DNA of 64,000 nucleotides from Isoptericola halotolerans (GCF_013149785.1 NZ_JABEZU010000002.1:496001-560000), one strand, 5' to 3'. Positions 29,709 to 39,693 are shown, numbered from the stretch's first letter. Notes: generated by a model from the letters alone, not told the origin. Numbers and translations: made by a program.

Positions 29709-31150
29709 GCCGGGCGGCCCGGGAGGAGGCGTGGGCACGATCCTCCGTCCCGCGCCCCCTGCCTGCGGCGTTGAGCCGGCGCGACTTCCTCGGTCTCGCC
29801 GGCGCGGCCTCCGGCCTGCTCCTGCTCTCGGCCTGCAGCGGCGGTGCCGAGCCGATGCTGCCGGAGGCGGCGGTCGACCGGTGGACGCAGAAGCCGGGTG
29901 CGCTCGTGGCGGGAGTCTCTGCGGACGGCCGCGCACTGGTGGACGACGACGGCGATCCCGTCCTGGTCCTGGCGGACACCGTGTGGAGCATGACCGGGGT
30001 CTACACCAGCGCGGAGGTGGCCACCTACTTCGCGACCCGGCGGGAGCAGGGCTTCAACGGGGTGCAGATCTCCTCGTTGCCGTTCCACATCGACGGCGAG
30101 AACCGGGTCGAAGGGTGCGTCGACGGACAGCAGGCGTTCGTCGACGGGGACGTCACGCGCTTCGACGAGGGCTACTGGCGGCGGTTGGACGAGGTCCTGG
30201 AGACCGCGGCGGCGCACGGGACCACGGTGCTGCTCGGTGCGATGGGTCCGTTGGTCGCCTACGGCATCGGAGACCTCGACCAGTGCCACGAGTTCGGGCG
30301 GCTGCTCGGCGAACGGTACGGGGGCCGCCCGGGCATCATCTGGTTGTTCGGCGTCGACTACGGCAGCGACCTGTGGGACGACCTCGACCCGCACCTCCTC
30401 GCGTGCCTGGACGGGATCCGCGCAGCAGGTGACGAGCACCCCGCCACGATCCAGTACCACAACAACTCCTCGCTCTCCTCGGACAACCCCCGGTGGGTGG
30501 GCCGCACGGACGTCGAGGCCGCGTACAGCTACGCGCCGACCTACGCCGTCGTGCGCAAGGGCTACGAGCTCGCCGCAGGCCCGGTCGTCCTCGTCGAGTC
30601 GAACTACGAGGACGAGAACAACACGCAGGGTCCCGACACCACCGACGAGTCGATCCGCCGTCAGGCGTTGTGGACCTACACCAGCGGGGGTGTCTACGTC
30701 GCCTACGGCCGGCGCGACGTGTGGAGCTCCCAGGGCGACTACCTGGACGCCCTGACGTCGACGGCCGTGACACAGCTCGGCATGATCCGTGCCCGGCTGG
30801 AGACGCTCGACTGGCCGGCGCTGGTCCCCGACCTCGACGGCTCCGTGCTCGTGGAGGGCGCGGGCGAGGACGTGCAGCACGGTTCCCAGCTCGACGGCAC
30901 GGCCGACGTCCTGGAGTCCGACCTGGCGACGTGCGCGGCCGCCCCGGACGGATCGCTCACCGTCGTCTACGTGCCGTCGGCCCGGCCGGTCCGGCTGGCC
31001 CCGGGGTTCGCCACCGGCGCGGCGCAGTGGTGGGACCCGACGACGGGGGAGTCGCACGAGGCGCGGCTCGACGGCTCCGGGATGTACGTCCCTCCGGACG
31101 ACCGGCACGCGGACCGGGCGACGGACTGGTTGCTCGTCGTCGAGGCCTGA
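29705..31150 (+). CDS. Tat-exported lipoprotein, DUF4038/GH140 (apiosidase-like) with C-terminal collagen-binding-like domain
   Basis: SRRDFL Tat motif, LSAC lipobox; LADTVW, RREQGFNGVQ, ESNYE, IRRQA and WWDPTTG..DWLLV. Confidence 0.7.
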   Translation: MSRAAREEAWARSSVPRPLPAALSRRDFLGLAGAASGLLLLSACSGGAEPMLPEAAVDRWTQKPGALVAGVSADGRALVDDDGDPVLVLADTVWSMTGVYTSAEVATYFATRREQGFNGVQISSLPFHIDGENRVEGCVDGQQAFVDGDVTRFDEGYWRRLDEVLETAAAHGTTVLLGAMGPLVAYGIGDLDQCHEFGRLLGERYGGRPGIIWLFGVDYGSDLWDDLDPHLLACLDGIRAAGDEHPATIQYHNNSSLSSDNPRWVGRTDVEAAYSYAPTYAVVRKGYELAAGPVVLVESNYEDENNTQGPDTTDESIRRQALWTYTSGGVYVAYGRRDVWSSQGDYLDALTSTAVTQLGMIRARLETLDWPALVPDLDGSVLVEGAGEDVQHGSQLDGTADVLESDLATCAAAPDGSLTVVYVPSARPVRLAPGFATGAAQWWDPTTGESHEARLDGSGMYVPPDDRHADRATDWLLVVEA

Positions 31151-31166
31151 CGGCCGGGGCGTCCGC

Positions 31167-31778
31167 TCAGGGCCGCACCGAGGGCACGAGGGCGGTGGCG
31201 AGGAGCGAGCCCACGGCAGCCACCAGCAGGACGGAGCCGAGGACGTCGCTGGGCAGGTGCGCGTGCGTGGCGACGCTCGCCGCCGCGGCCACCACCACCA
31301 GCGCCGCAGCCACCCACCGCGTCTCGCGCCGCGGCCACCCCGCGGGTCTCAGCCACAGGCCGGCGACGCACAGGCACGCGACGATCGTCACGTGGGTGCT
31401 GGGATAGGTGCCGGTGCTGCCGGGCGGTGCCGCCAGCACCAGGTCGCGCAGCACGAGACTGAGCGTGGCGCTCCCGGCGACGAGGAGCACGGAGGCCACG
31501 AGCGCGCGCCAGGCCCCTCTCCGGATCGCCAGGACGCCGAGCACGAGGACCGTCGAGGCCAGGACGAGGGGGAGCCCGGCGCGTACCCACCCCGCGACGG
31601 TCGCCGGGACGTCGGCGCCGGGCATGCCGGCGAGGTTGCCCACCAGTGCGAGCACTCTTGTGTCGGTGGTGCGTCCCGCCGAGGTGTGGACGGCCAGGGC
31701 GTGCACACCCGCGACGCACGCCGCGGCCACGACCGCGACCACGGCGTGCTGCGTCCGAGTGCGGGCGTCCGGGTGCAC
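31167..31778 (-). CDS. PAP2-superfamily membrane protein (degenerate motifs)
   Basis: Multi-TM; YPSTH and HLPSDV resemble PSGH and HxxxD. Confidence 0.6.
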   Translation of the reverse strand: MHPDARTRTQHAVVAVVAAACVAGVHALAVHTSAGRTTDTRVLALVGNLAGMPGADVPATVAGWVRAGLPLVLASTVLVLGVLAIRRGAWRALVASVLLVAGSATLSLVLRDLVLAAPPGSTGTYPSTHVTIVACLCVAGLWLRPAGWPRRETRWVAAALVVVAAAASVATHAHLPSDVLGSVLLVAAVGSLLATALVPSVRP

Positions 31779-31935
31779 CCCTCGATCCTTCCCGGCGCCG
31801 TCCGCACGGTCGAGGATGAAGTGTGACGGGCAGCGCAGGACCGCCGTCACCGCCCCGGCGTACCCTGGATCCGTCAGCCCGCCGCCTCCGTCCCGGGGCG
31901 AGATGGGCCCGTCGTCGTGCGCCCGAAGGACCCTC

Positions 31936-34900
31936 ATGAACCTCACCGGCATCGTCCCCGCCCTGCTCGCCGACCCTGGTGCGGCCGCCGCCCTGGAGGC
32001 CGTGCCGGCCGGCGGGGAGGTCGACGTCGTCGGCCCGAAGGGTGTGCGTGCACCGCTCCTCGCCGCCGCGGCGCGCAAGCGTCCCCTGGTGGTCGTCACG
32101 GCGACGGGTCGTGACGCGGACGAGCTCGCCGCGGCGGTGCGGGCCTATCTGCCGGACGACCGTGCGGACGACGTCGCGGTGCTGCCGGCGTGGGAGACGC
32201 TGCCGCACGAGCGGTTGAGCCCCCGGGCCGACACGGTGGCCAAGCGCCTGGCGGTGTTCCGCCGGCTGGCCCACCCCGACGTCGACCCGGGCAACGCGCA
32301 GGCGGGTCCCGTCCGGGTCCTGGTCATGCCGGTGCGCGCCCTGCTGCAGCCGGTGGTCGAGGGTCTCGGCGAGCTGGTCCCCGTCGAGCTGCACACAGGG
32401 CAGACGGCGGACCTCACCGCGGTCGGGGACGCGCTCGTCGCGGCGGCGTACTCCCGGGTGGACATGGTGGAGCGGCGCGGTGAGTTCGCGGTGCGCGGCG
32501 GGATCCTCGACGTCTTCCCGCCCACGGAGGACCACCCGCTGCGCATCGAGTTCTGGGGCGACGAGGTCTCGGAGATCCGCTGGTTCTCCGTCGCGGACCA
32601 GCGCTCGCTGGAGATCGCCGACCGCGGGGTGTGGGCCCCGCCGTGCCGCGAGATCCTGCTGACGGACGCGGTCCGGCGTCGGGCGGCGGAGCTGACCGAG
32701 CAGCTGCCCGGCGCGATCGACATGCTGGACAGGCTGGCCGCGGGGATCGCCGTGGAGGGCATGGAGTCCCTCGCGCCGGTGCTGGTGGACCGGATGGTGC
32801 CGGTGCTGGACCTGGTGGGAGGCGACTCCCTGCTGGTGCTGGACGAGCCGGAGAGGGTGCGCCGTCGTGCCCACGACCTGGTCGCCACGACGGACGAGTT
32901 CCTCGCCGCGGCGTGGACGGGTGCCGTCGCGGGCGGGGAGGCGCCGCTCGACCTGTCGGCCGCCTCCTTCGCGACCTTCGCCGAGACGCGTGACGTGGCC
33001 GCGCGCCGGGGCCTCGGCTGGTGGACGCTGTCGGCCTTCTCCCTGGACGCCGCCGGCACCCCCGACGCGGACGACGACGGCACCCCGGCAGGTTCCGCGG
33101 CGGTCGACGCGGCCGGCGGCGGCACCACGTTCACGGTCGCGGCGCGCGACGTCGAGTCGTACCGCGGTGACGTCGCCCGGGCCCTGGACGACGTGCAGGG
33201 CCTGCAGAAGGCCGGGTGGCGCCTGGTGCTCACCACCGAGGGGCACGGCCCCGCCCAGCGCATGACCGAGCAGCTGCGGGCCGCGGACACGGCGGCCCGC
33301 CTGGTCACGGAGCTCACGGAGGTGCCGGAGGGCGGCGTGGTGCACGTCGCCCCGGCGCTCGTGGGCAAGGGCTTCGTGGTGCCGGAGCTGCGGCTGGCGG
33401 TGTTCAGCGAGTCGGACCTCACCGGTCGCCAGGGCTCGTCGACCCGGGACATGCGCAAGATGCCCTCGCGTCGCCGCAACGTCGTCGACCCCCTGCAGCT
33501 CAAGGCGGGGGACTTCGTGGTGCACGAGCAGCACGGCGTCGGGCGGTTCATCGAGATGGTGCAGCGCACGCTCGGTGCGGGTGCCAACGCGGCGACGCGC
33601 GAGTACCTGGTCATCGAGTACGCCTCCTCCAAGCGTGGGCAGCCGGGGGACCGGCTGTTCGTGCCCACCGACCAGCTCGACCAGGTCACCAAGTACACCG
33701 GCGGGGAGTCGCCCAGCCTGTCCAAGATGGGTGGCGCCGACTGGAAGAACACCAAGGCGCGCGCCCGCAAGCACGTCAAGGAGATCGCGAGCGAGCTGAT
33801 CCGCCTGTACTCGGCGCGGATGGCGACGCAGGGGCACGCCTTCGCCCCGGACACGCCGTGGCAGCGCGAGCTCGAGGACGCGTTCGCCTACGTCGAGACG
33901 CCGGACCAGCTCTCCACGATCGACGAGGTCAAGGCCGACATGGAGAAGACCGTGCCGATGGACCGCCTGGTGTGCGGCGACGTCGGCTACGGCAAGACGG
34001 AGATCGCGCTGCGGGCAGCGTTCAAGGCGGTGCAGGACGGCAAGCAGGTCGCGATCCTGGTGCCCACGACCCTGCTGGTGCAGCAGCACTTCGACACGTT
34101 CTCCGAGCGGTACGCCGGGTTCCCCGTCACGGTGCGGGCGCTGTCCCGGTTCGAGAGCGCCAAGGAGTCCGAGGAGACTCTCGCCGGGCTCAAGGACGGC
34201 TCCGTCGACGTGGTCATCGGCACCCACCGCATCATCACCGGGTCGGTGCACTTCAAGGACCTCGGCCTGGTGATCATCGACGAGGAGCAGCGGTTCGGCG
34301 TCGAGCACAAGGAGACGCTCAAGCAGCTGCGCACCAACGTGGACGTGCTGGCGATGTCGGCGACGCCCATCCCGCGCACGCTGGAGATGGCGGTGACGGG
34401 CATCCGCGAGATGTCGACGCTGGCGACCCCGCCGGAGGAGCGGCACCCGGTGCTGACCTACGTCGGCGGCTACGACGAGAAGCAGATCACGGCGGCGGTG
34501 CGGCGCGAGCTGCTGCGCGAGGGCCAGGTCTTCTACGTCCACAACAAGGTGGAGTCGATCCAGCGGGCGGCGTCGCGCCTGGCGGAGCTCGTCCCGGAGG
34601 CCCGGATCGGCGTCGCGCACGGCAAGATGAGCGAGCACCAGCTGGACCAGGTGATCCGCGCCTTCTGGGAGAAGGAGCTGGACGTCCTGGTGTGCACCAC
34701 CATCATCGAGACGGGCATGGACATCTCGAACGCGAACACGCTCATCCTGGAGCGGTCGGACACCCTCGGGCTGTCGCAGCTGCACCAGCTGCGGGGCCGG
34801 GTGGGACGTGGCCGGGAGCGGGCCTACGCCTACTTCCTCTACCCGCCGGAGAAGCCGCTGACGGAGACGGCGCACGACCGGCTGGCCACCATGGCGGCGA

Positions 34901-35571
34901 ACACGGACCTCGGTGCGGGCATGCAGATCGCCATGAAGGACCTGGAGATCCGTGGAGCGGGCAACCTGCTGGGCGGCGAGCAGTCCGGGCACATCGCCGG
35001 CGTGGGCTTCGACCTGTACGTGCGGATGGTGGGGGAGGCCGTGGCGGCTTTCCGCGGCGACCGCGAACAGGAGCAGCCCGAGGTCACCATCGAGCTGCCG
35101 GTGGACGCCCACCTGCCCGAGTCGTACATCGCGACCGAGCGGCTGCGGCTCGAGGCGTACAAGAAGATCGCCGCCGCCCAGGACGCCGCGGCGCTCGGGG
35201 AGGTGCGGGCCGAGCTGGTGGACCGCTACGGCGCCCTGCCGGAGCCGACGGAGGCACTGTTCGAGGTCGCCGAGTTCCGCAACCACGCGCGGCGGGCCGG
35301 TCTGACGGACATCACGGCGCAGGGCAAGCACATCCGGTTCGCGCCGGTCGACCTGCCGGAGTCGGCGCAGCTGCGGTTGAAGCGGCTCTACCCGGGCACG
35401 ATCCTCAAGCCGGGCATCCGGGCGATCCTGGTGCCGTTCCCGACGACGGCGCGCATCGGCGGCAAGCCGCTGCGGGGCACGGCGCTGCTCACCTGGGCCA
35501 AGCAGCTCATCGACGCGGTGGTCCTCGGCGAGGTGGGTGCCGCAGCGACGGTGGGCGCAGCGACCCGTTGA
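31936..35571 (+). CDS. mfd: Transcription-repair coupling factor
   Basis: PAWETLPHE, RGGILD, HGVGRF, GDVGYGKT, DEEQRFG, QLRGRVGR and DLEIRGAGN. Confidence 0.97.
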   Translation: MNLTGIVPALLADPGAAAALEAVPAGGEVDVVGPKGVRAPLLAAAARKRPLVVVTATGRDADELAAAVRAYLPDDRADDVAVLPAWETLPHERLSPRADTVAKRLAVFRRLAHPDVDPGNAQAGPVRVLVMPVRALLQPVVEGLGELVPVELHTGQTADLTAVGDALVAAAYSRVDMVERRGEFAVRGGILDVFPPTEDHPLRIEFWGDEVSEIRWFSVADQRSLEIADRGVWAPPCREILLTDAVRRRAAELTEQLPGAIDMLDRLAAGIAVEGMESLAPVLVDRMVPVLDLVGGDSLLVLDEPERVRRRAHDLVATTDEFLAAAWTGAVAGGEAPLDLSAASFATFAETRDVAARRGLGWWTLSAFSLDAAGTPDADDDGTPAGSAAVDAAGGGTTFTVAARDVESYRGDVARALDDVQGLQKAGWRLVLTTEGHGPAQRMTEQLRAADTAARLVTELTEVPEGGVVHVAPALVGKGFVVPELRLAVFSESDLTGRQGSSTRDMRKMPSRRRNVVDPLQLKAGDFVVHEQHGVGRFIEMVQRTLGAGANAATREYLVIEYASSKRGQPGDRLFVPTDQLDQVTKYTGGESPSLSKMGGADWKNTKARARKHVKEIASELIRLYSARMATQGHAFAPDTPWQRELEDAFAYVETPDQLSTIDEVKADMEKTVPMDRLVCGDVGYGKTEIALRAAFKAVQDGKQVAILVPTTLLVQQHFDTFSERYAGFPVTVRALSRFESAKESEETLAGLKDGSVDVVIGTHRIITGSVHFKDLGLVIIDEEQRFGVEHKETLKQLRTNVDVLAMSATPIPRTLEMAVTGIREMSTLATPPEERHPVLTYVGGYDEKQITAAVRRELLREGQVFYVHNKVESIQRAASRLAELVPEARIGVAHGKMSEHQLDQVIRAFWEKELDVLVCTTIIETGMDISNANTLILERSDTLGLSQLHQLRGRVGRGRERAYAYFLYPPEKPLTETAHDRLATMAANTDLGAGMQIAMKDLEIRGAGNLLGGEQSGHIAGVGFDLYVRMVGEAVAAFRGDREQEQPEVTIELPVDAHLPESYIATERLRLEAYKKIAAAQDAAALGEVRAELVDRYGALPEPTEALFEVAEFRNHARRAGLTDITAQGKHIRFAPVDLPESAQLRLKRLYPGTILKPGIRAILVPFPTTARIGGKPLRGTALLTWAKQLIDAVVLGEVGAAATVGAATR

Positions 35572-35610
35572 GCGGCGCGGCCTCGGGGCTGCCCGCGCGG
35601 TGACGGCACC

Positions 35611-36039
35611 TCAGGCGAACGAGGTGGCCGTGGCGCGGTCCACGGTGACCAGGAAGACGACGCGCTCCTCGTCGCGCGGATAGTCCGACCCCGTGTAGGA
35701 CCGGGAGATCCGGTCCACGACCTCCCACCCGGCGGCGCCGTCGACGACGTCGACGACCCGTCCTCGCAGCATCGCCATCTGCCACGGGCGCTCGCTGTGC
35801 GCGACCGAGACGGTGACCCGGGGGTCGCGCCGGACGTTGCGTGCCTTGCGGGACGTCGGTCCGGTGAGGAACGCGAGGTGATCGTCCTCCCAGGCGGTCC
35901 ACAGCGGGACGACGTGCGGGGCGCCGTCGGGCAGCAGGGTCGCGAGGTGGGCGAGGTGCGGGTCGGCGACGAGCGAGCGGGCGAGCTCGGGGAGGTGGTC
36001 GGGTCCGGGTAGCGGCGTCTGCGGTGCGGTGGTCGTCAT
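35611..36039 (-). CDS. PPOX-class (pyridoxamine oxidase-like, putative F420-dependent) oxidoreductase
   Basis: AHLATLLPDGAPHVVPLW and KARNVRRDPRV. Confidence 0.8.
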   Translation of the reverse strand: MTTTAPQTPLPGPDHLPELARSLVADPHLAHLATLLPDGAPHVVPLWTAWEDDHLAFLTGPTSRKARNVRRDPRVTVSVAHSERPWQMAMLRGRVVDVVDGAAGWEVVDRISRSYTGSDYPRDEERVVFLVTVDRATATSFA

Positions 36040-36131
36040 GCAGGGGTGACTGGTGGTGCGGCGGCGACTCATCGCCCGTCGGGCCGGCAGGTCGGGGGGC
36101 GGTCCCGACGCGGTCGGCAGGATCGGCGTGG

Positions 36132-36153
36132 AACGATGTTGACATCGTTTTCG
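36132..36153. promoter_or_regulatory. Palindromic LacI-type operator candidate AACGATGT-TG-ACATCGTT overlapping TTGACA
   Basis: 18-bp palindrome upstream of the xylanase gene. Confidence 0.55.
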
Positions 36154-36240
36154 AAGCCCGCCATGCTCGTCCCAGGAGGGCGTTGCGGCGCCCTGCCCGG
36201 GGCAGCGCTGCACCGGGCCCACCATCGCGAAGGAGCGACG

Positions 36241-39200
36241 ATGAGGCAGAGGTACAGCAGGGCGGTCGCGGGACTCACCGCGGGCGCGCTGGTGGCGGGG
36301 GGCGCGCTGGGCGCCGTCGTCATGGGCACGCAGGCAGCGGCGGCGGACGACTCCGTCGTGCTGGAAAACGATTTCGAGGAGACGTTCGAGCCGTGGGGCC
36401 CTCGAGGCCCGGTCACGCTCGAGCTGGTCGACGACGCGCGCACCGGCGACGGCGCGCTGAGCGTCACCGACCGCACCGGCGACTGGAACGGGCCGTCGAC
36501 CCAGGTCGGTTCGTTGTTCAGCGCCGGCGCCACGTACGACGTCGAGGCCTGGGTCAAGCTGCCCGCCGACGCCCCGGACGCGACGGACCTGCACTTCACC
36601 GTGCAGGAGTCCTCGGCCGAGGGCGACGACTACGTCTGGGTGGGCGGGGCCGTCACGGCCACCGCCGACGAGTGGGTGCAGGTCGGGGGGGCCTACACCC
36701 TGCCGGCCGGGCTCACCGCCGCCGAGCTGTACCTCGAGGCCGCACCCGTGGACGGTGAGCACCCCCCGTTCCTGGTCGACGACCTGGTCGTCACCGCCGT
36801 CGAGTCCGGCCCGCCGGTCGACCAGCCCGAGCCGGGCGTGGTCCTGAGCACCGACTTCGAGGACGGCCTGGACGGCTGGGGGCCGCGCACCGGTGACGGC
36901 ACCGCACCGACCGTCGAGGTGACCACCGCCGACGCCGCCTCCGGCGCGGCGAGCGCGATCGTCACCGACCGTGACGACCAGGGCGACGGCATCGGCCGCG
37001 ACGTCTCCGGCGTGCTGTCCGGTGGTGTCCAGTACGAGATCAGCGCGCAGGTGCGGTTCGCCGAGGGTCAGGAGACCGACTCGGTGTGGCTGTCGCTGGC
37101 CTCCACCGCGGGTGGCAGCACCTCGTACGCCACGCTGGCCCAGTGGACCGGCGTGACCGACAGCGGGTGGACCGAGGTCACCGCCACCTTCCAGGCACCG
37201 ACCGCGGACGAGCAGCTGCTCTACCTGGAGACGAGCTACAACGGCACGAACACCTCGGACCTCCTCGTCGACGACATCGTCCTCACCGTCCCCGACCCCG
37301 CCGAGATCGAGGACCTGGCCGGCATCCACACCACCCTGCCGTTCCCGGCCGGAGTCGCGATCGACTCCCGCGAGACGTCCGGCAAGGCCGCGGAGCTGCT
37401 GACGCGCCACTTCGACCAGATCACGGCCGAGAACCACATGAAGCCGGACGCCTGGTACGACGATGCCCGCACCTTCCGTCCGCACCCGCAGGCCGTCGAG
37501 CTCATGGACTTCGCCGCCGAGAACGGCCTCGACGTGTACGGCCACGTGCTCGTGTGGCACTCGCAGACGCCGGACTGGTTCTTCGAGGACGCCGACGGCG
37601 CCCCGCTGACGGACTCCGCCGCGGACCAGGAGATCCTGCGCGAGCGCATGCGCACGCACATCTTCGACATCGCGGAGTGGATGGCCGCCGACTACGGCGA
37701 GTTCGGTGCCGACAACCCCGTCACCGCGTGGGACGTCGTCAACGAGGTCGTCTCGGACGGCGGCACGGACGACGGCCTGCGACGCAGCGAGTGGTACCGG
37801 ATCCTCGGCGAGGAGTTCATCGACCTGTCGTTCCGGTACGCCGACGAGGCCTTCAACGAGACCTACGCCGCCGAGGGTGCCGACCGTCCGGTGACCCTGT
37901 TCATCAACGACTACAACACCGAGCAGGGCGGCAAGCAGGACCGCTACCTCGCCCTCGTCGAGCGGCTCGTCGAGCGCGAGGTGCCGATCGACGGCGTCGG
38001 TCACCAGTTCCACGTGTCGCTGGCCATGCCCGTCGCGGCGCTGGAGGCCGCCATCGTGCGCTTCGAGCACCTGCCTCTCGTCCAGGCCGTCACCGAGCTC
38101 GACGTCACCGTCGGCACCCCGGTGACGCAGGCGAACCTCATCGAGCAGGGCTACTACTTCCGGGACGCCTTCCGGGTGTTCCGCGAGCACGCGGACGCGC
38201 TGTTCTGCGCCACCGTCTGGGGCCTGACGGACGGGCGCTCGTGGCGGGCCGACAACGGCGCGCCGCTCGTCTTCGACGACGCGTACCAGGCCAAGCCGGC
38301 GTACCACGGCATCGTGGACGGCGACCTGCCGGCGCAGCAGCGGTCCGCGCACGTCTTCGCCGGCAGCGTCGAGCTCGAGGGCTCCGCGGCGGCCTCGCCC
38401 CAGTGGGACCGGCTGCCGCTGCACCCGATCACCGCGTCCGGGCAGGAGGTCGCCGGCTTCCAGCTCCGCTGGGCCGCCGACCACCTCACCGCGTACGTCT
38501 CGGTCACCGACGCCTCGGACGAGGGGAGCGACGCCGTGACGTTCGACCTCGACGGCGGCACCGCCGTCGTCGGTCGCGACGGCACGGTCACGGGGGAGGG
38601 CTCCGCGGAGGTCGTCGAGACCGACGCCGGGTACGACGTCGTCGCGCACCTGCCGCTCGACGGCGCCGCGCAGGGCGGCACGCTCGGCTTCGACGTGCAG
38701 GTGTCCGACGGCGGCACCGTCGCCGGGTGGAACACGCCCGGCACGCTCGGGTCGCTGACGCTGATCGAGGAGCTCAGCTTCGTCGAGGTGGCCGAGGCGT
38801 CCACCGCGCCGGTGGTCGACGGCGACGTCGACGAGGTCTGGGCCGACGCGGACGTGGTGACCACCGAGCGACAGGTCGAGGGCGCCTCGGGCGCCGTCGC
38901 GACGGTCCGCACCCTGTGGGCCGAGGACACGTTGTACGTGCTCGCCGAGGTGACCGACCCCGTGGTGGACGTCAGCGCGTCCGACCCGTGGGTGCAGGAC
39001 TCGGTGGAGATCTTCCTCGACACCGGGAACACCAAGAACGGGTCGTACGAGGCCGACGACACCCAGATCCGCATCAGCGCCGAGAACGCGGTGTCGTTCG
39101 GCACCGGGGACGCGGCCGAGCAGGAGGCCCGGCTGGACTCCGCGGCCACCCTGACCGACGACGGCTACGTCATCGAGGCGGCGATCGACCTGCTCGGCCA

Positions 39201-39648
39201 GGGCGGCGAAGGCTCCTTCCACGGCCTGGACTTCCAGGTCAACGACGCCACCGCCGGGACGCGGACCTCGGTGACCACCTGGGCCGACCCGACCGGCACC
39301 GGATACCAGTACACGAACCGCTGGGGCGTGGGCGAGCTGGTCGCCACCGAGGCGCCGGCGGCTCCCGGGTGGGTGACCGGCCAGGTGTACACGGCCGGTG
39401 ACGAGGTCAGCCACGACGGGGCGCTCTACCGCGCCACGTGGTGGACCACCGAGACGCCGGGCGCCTCGCCGTGGGGCTCCTGGCAGGAGATCGCCACGGC
39501 ACCGGACGGCACCGCCGTGTGGACCGCCTCGCGGATCTTCACCGCCGGCGACGTCGTCGTCCACGACGGTGACCGCTACGAGGCGAAGTGGTGGACCCGC
39601 AACCAGGCGCCGGGCGACCGGCACGGACCCTGGAAGCCGGTGTCCTGA
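36241..39648 (+). CDS. Modular endo-1,4-beta-xylanase: signal-CBM22(4_9)x2-GH10-CBM9-like x2-CBM5/12 x2
   Basis: AENHMK, GHVLVWHSQ, WDVVNE, INDYN, HQFH and VTELD; CBM9 QDSVEIF; YEAKWWT modules. Confidence 0.9.
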   Translation: MRQRYSRAVAGLTAGALVAGGALGAVVMGTQAAAADDSVVLENDFEETFEPWGPRGPVTLELVDDARTGDGALSVTDRTGDWNGPSTQVGSLFSAGATYDVEAWVKLPADAPDATDLHFTVQESSAEGDDYVWVGGAVTATADEWVQVGGAYTLPAGLTAAELYLEAAPVDGEHPPFLVDDLVVTAVESGPPVDQPEPGVVLSTDFEDGLDGWGPRTGDGTAPTVEVTTADAASGAASAIVTDRDDQGDGIGRDVSGVLSGGVQYEISAQVRFAEGQETDSVWLSLASTAGGSTSYATLAQWTGVTDSGWTEVTATFQAPTADEQLLYLETSYNGTNTSDLLVDDIVLTVPDPAEIEDLAGIHTTLPFPAGVAIDSRETSGKAAELLTRHFDQITAENHMKPDAWYDDARTFRPHPQAVELMDFAAENGLDVYGHVLVWHSQTPDWFFEDADGAPLTDSAADQEILRERMRTHIFDIAEWMAADYGEFGADNPVTAWDVVNEVVSDGGTDDGLRRSEWYRILGEEFIDLSFRYADEAFNETYAAEGADRPVTLFINDYNTEQGGKQDRYLALVERLVEREVPIDGVGHQFHVSLAMPVAALEAAIVRFEHLPLVQAVTELDVTVGTPVTQANLIEQGYYFRDAFRVFREHADALFCATVWGLTDGRSWRADNGAPLVFDDAYQAKPAYHGIVDGDLPAQQRSAHVFAGSVELEGSAAASPQWDRLPLHPITASGQEVAGFQLRWAADHLTAYVSVTDASDEGSDAVTFDLDGGTAVVGRDGTVTGEGSAEVVETDAGYDVVAHLPLDGAAQGGTLGFDVQVSDGGTVAGWNTPGTLGSLTLIEELSFVEVAEASTAPVVDGDVDEVWADADVVTTERQVEGASGAVATVRTLWAEDTLYVLAEVTDPVVDVSASDPWVQDSVEIFLDTGNTKNGSYEADDTQIRISAENAVSFGTGDAAEQEARLDSAATLTDDGYVIEAAIDLLGQGGEGSFHGLDFQVNDATAGTRTSVTTWADPTGTGYQYTNRWGVGELVATEAPAAPGWVTGQVYTAGDEVSHDGALYRATWWTTETPGASPWGSWQEIATAPDGTAVWTASRIFTAGDVVVHDGDRYEAKWWTRNQAPGDRHGPWKPVS

Positions 39649-39653
39649 CCCTC

Positions 39654-39693
39654 CGGCGAGCCGGCGCACCACTCGAGGTGTGCCGGCTCGCCG
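39654..39693 (+). terminator. Intrinsic terminator-like hairpin
   Basis: 17-bp stem right after the xylanase stop. Confidence 0.7.

Noticed and set aside
30967..35331. 1454-aa ORF antisense to mfd, and similar long ORFs at 35611-39747, 52021-56580 and 58751-62839
   Set aside because: Shadow frames caused by GC3 bias and scarce stop codons; no domain motifs except where the 3' end is a real short gene annotated separately
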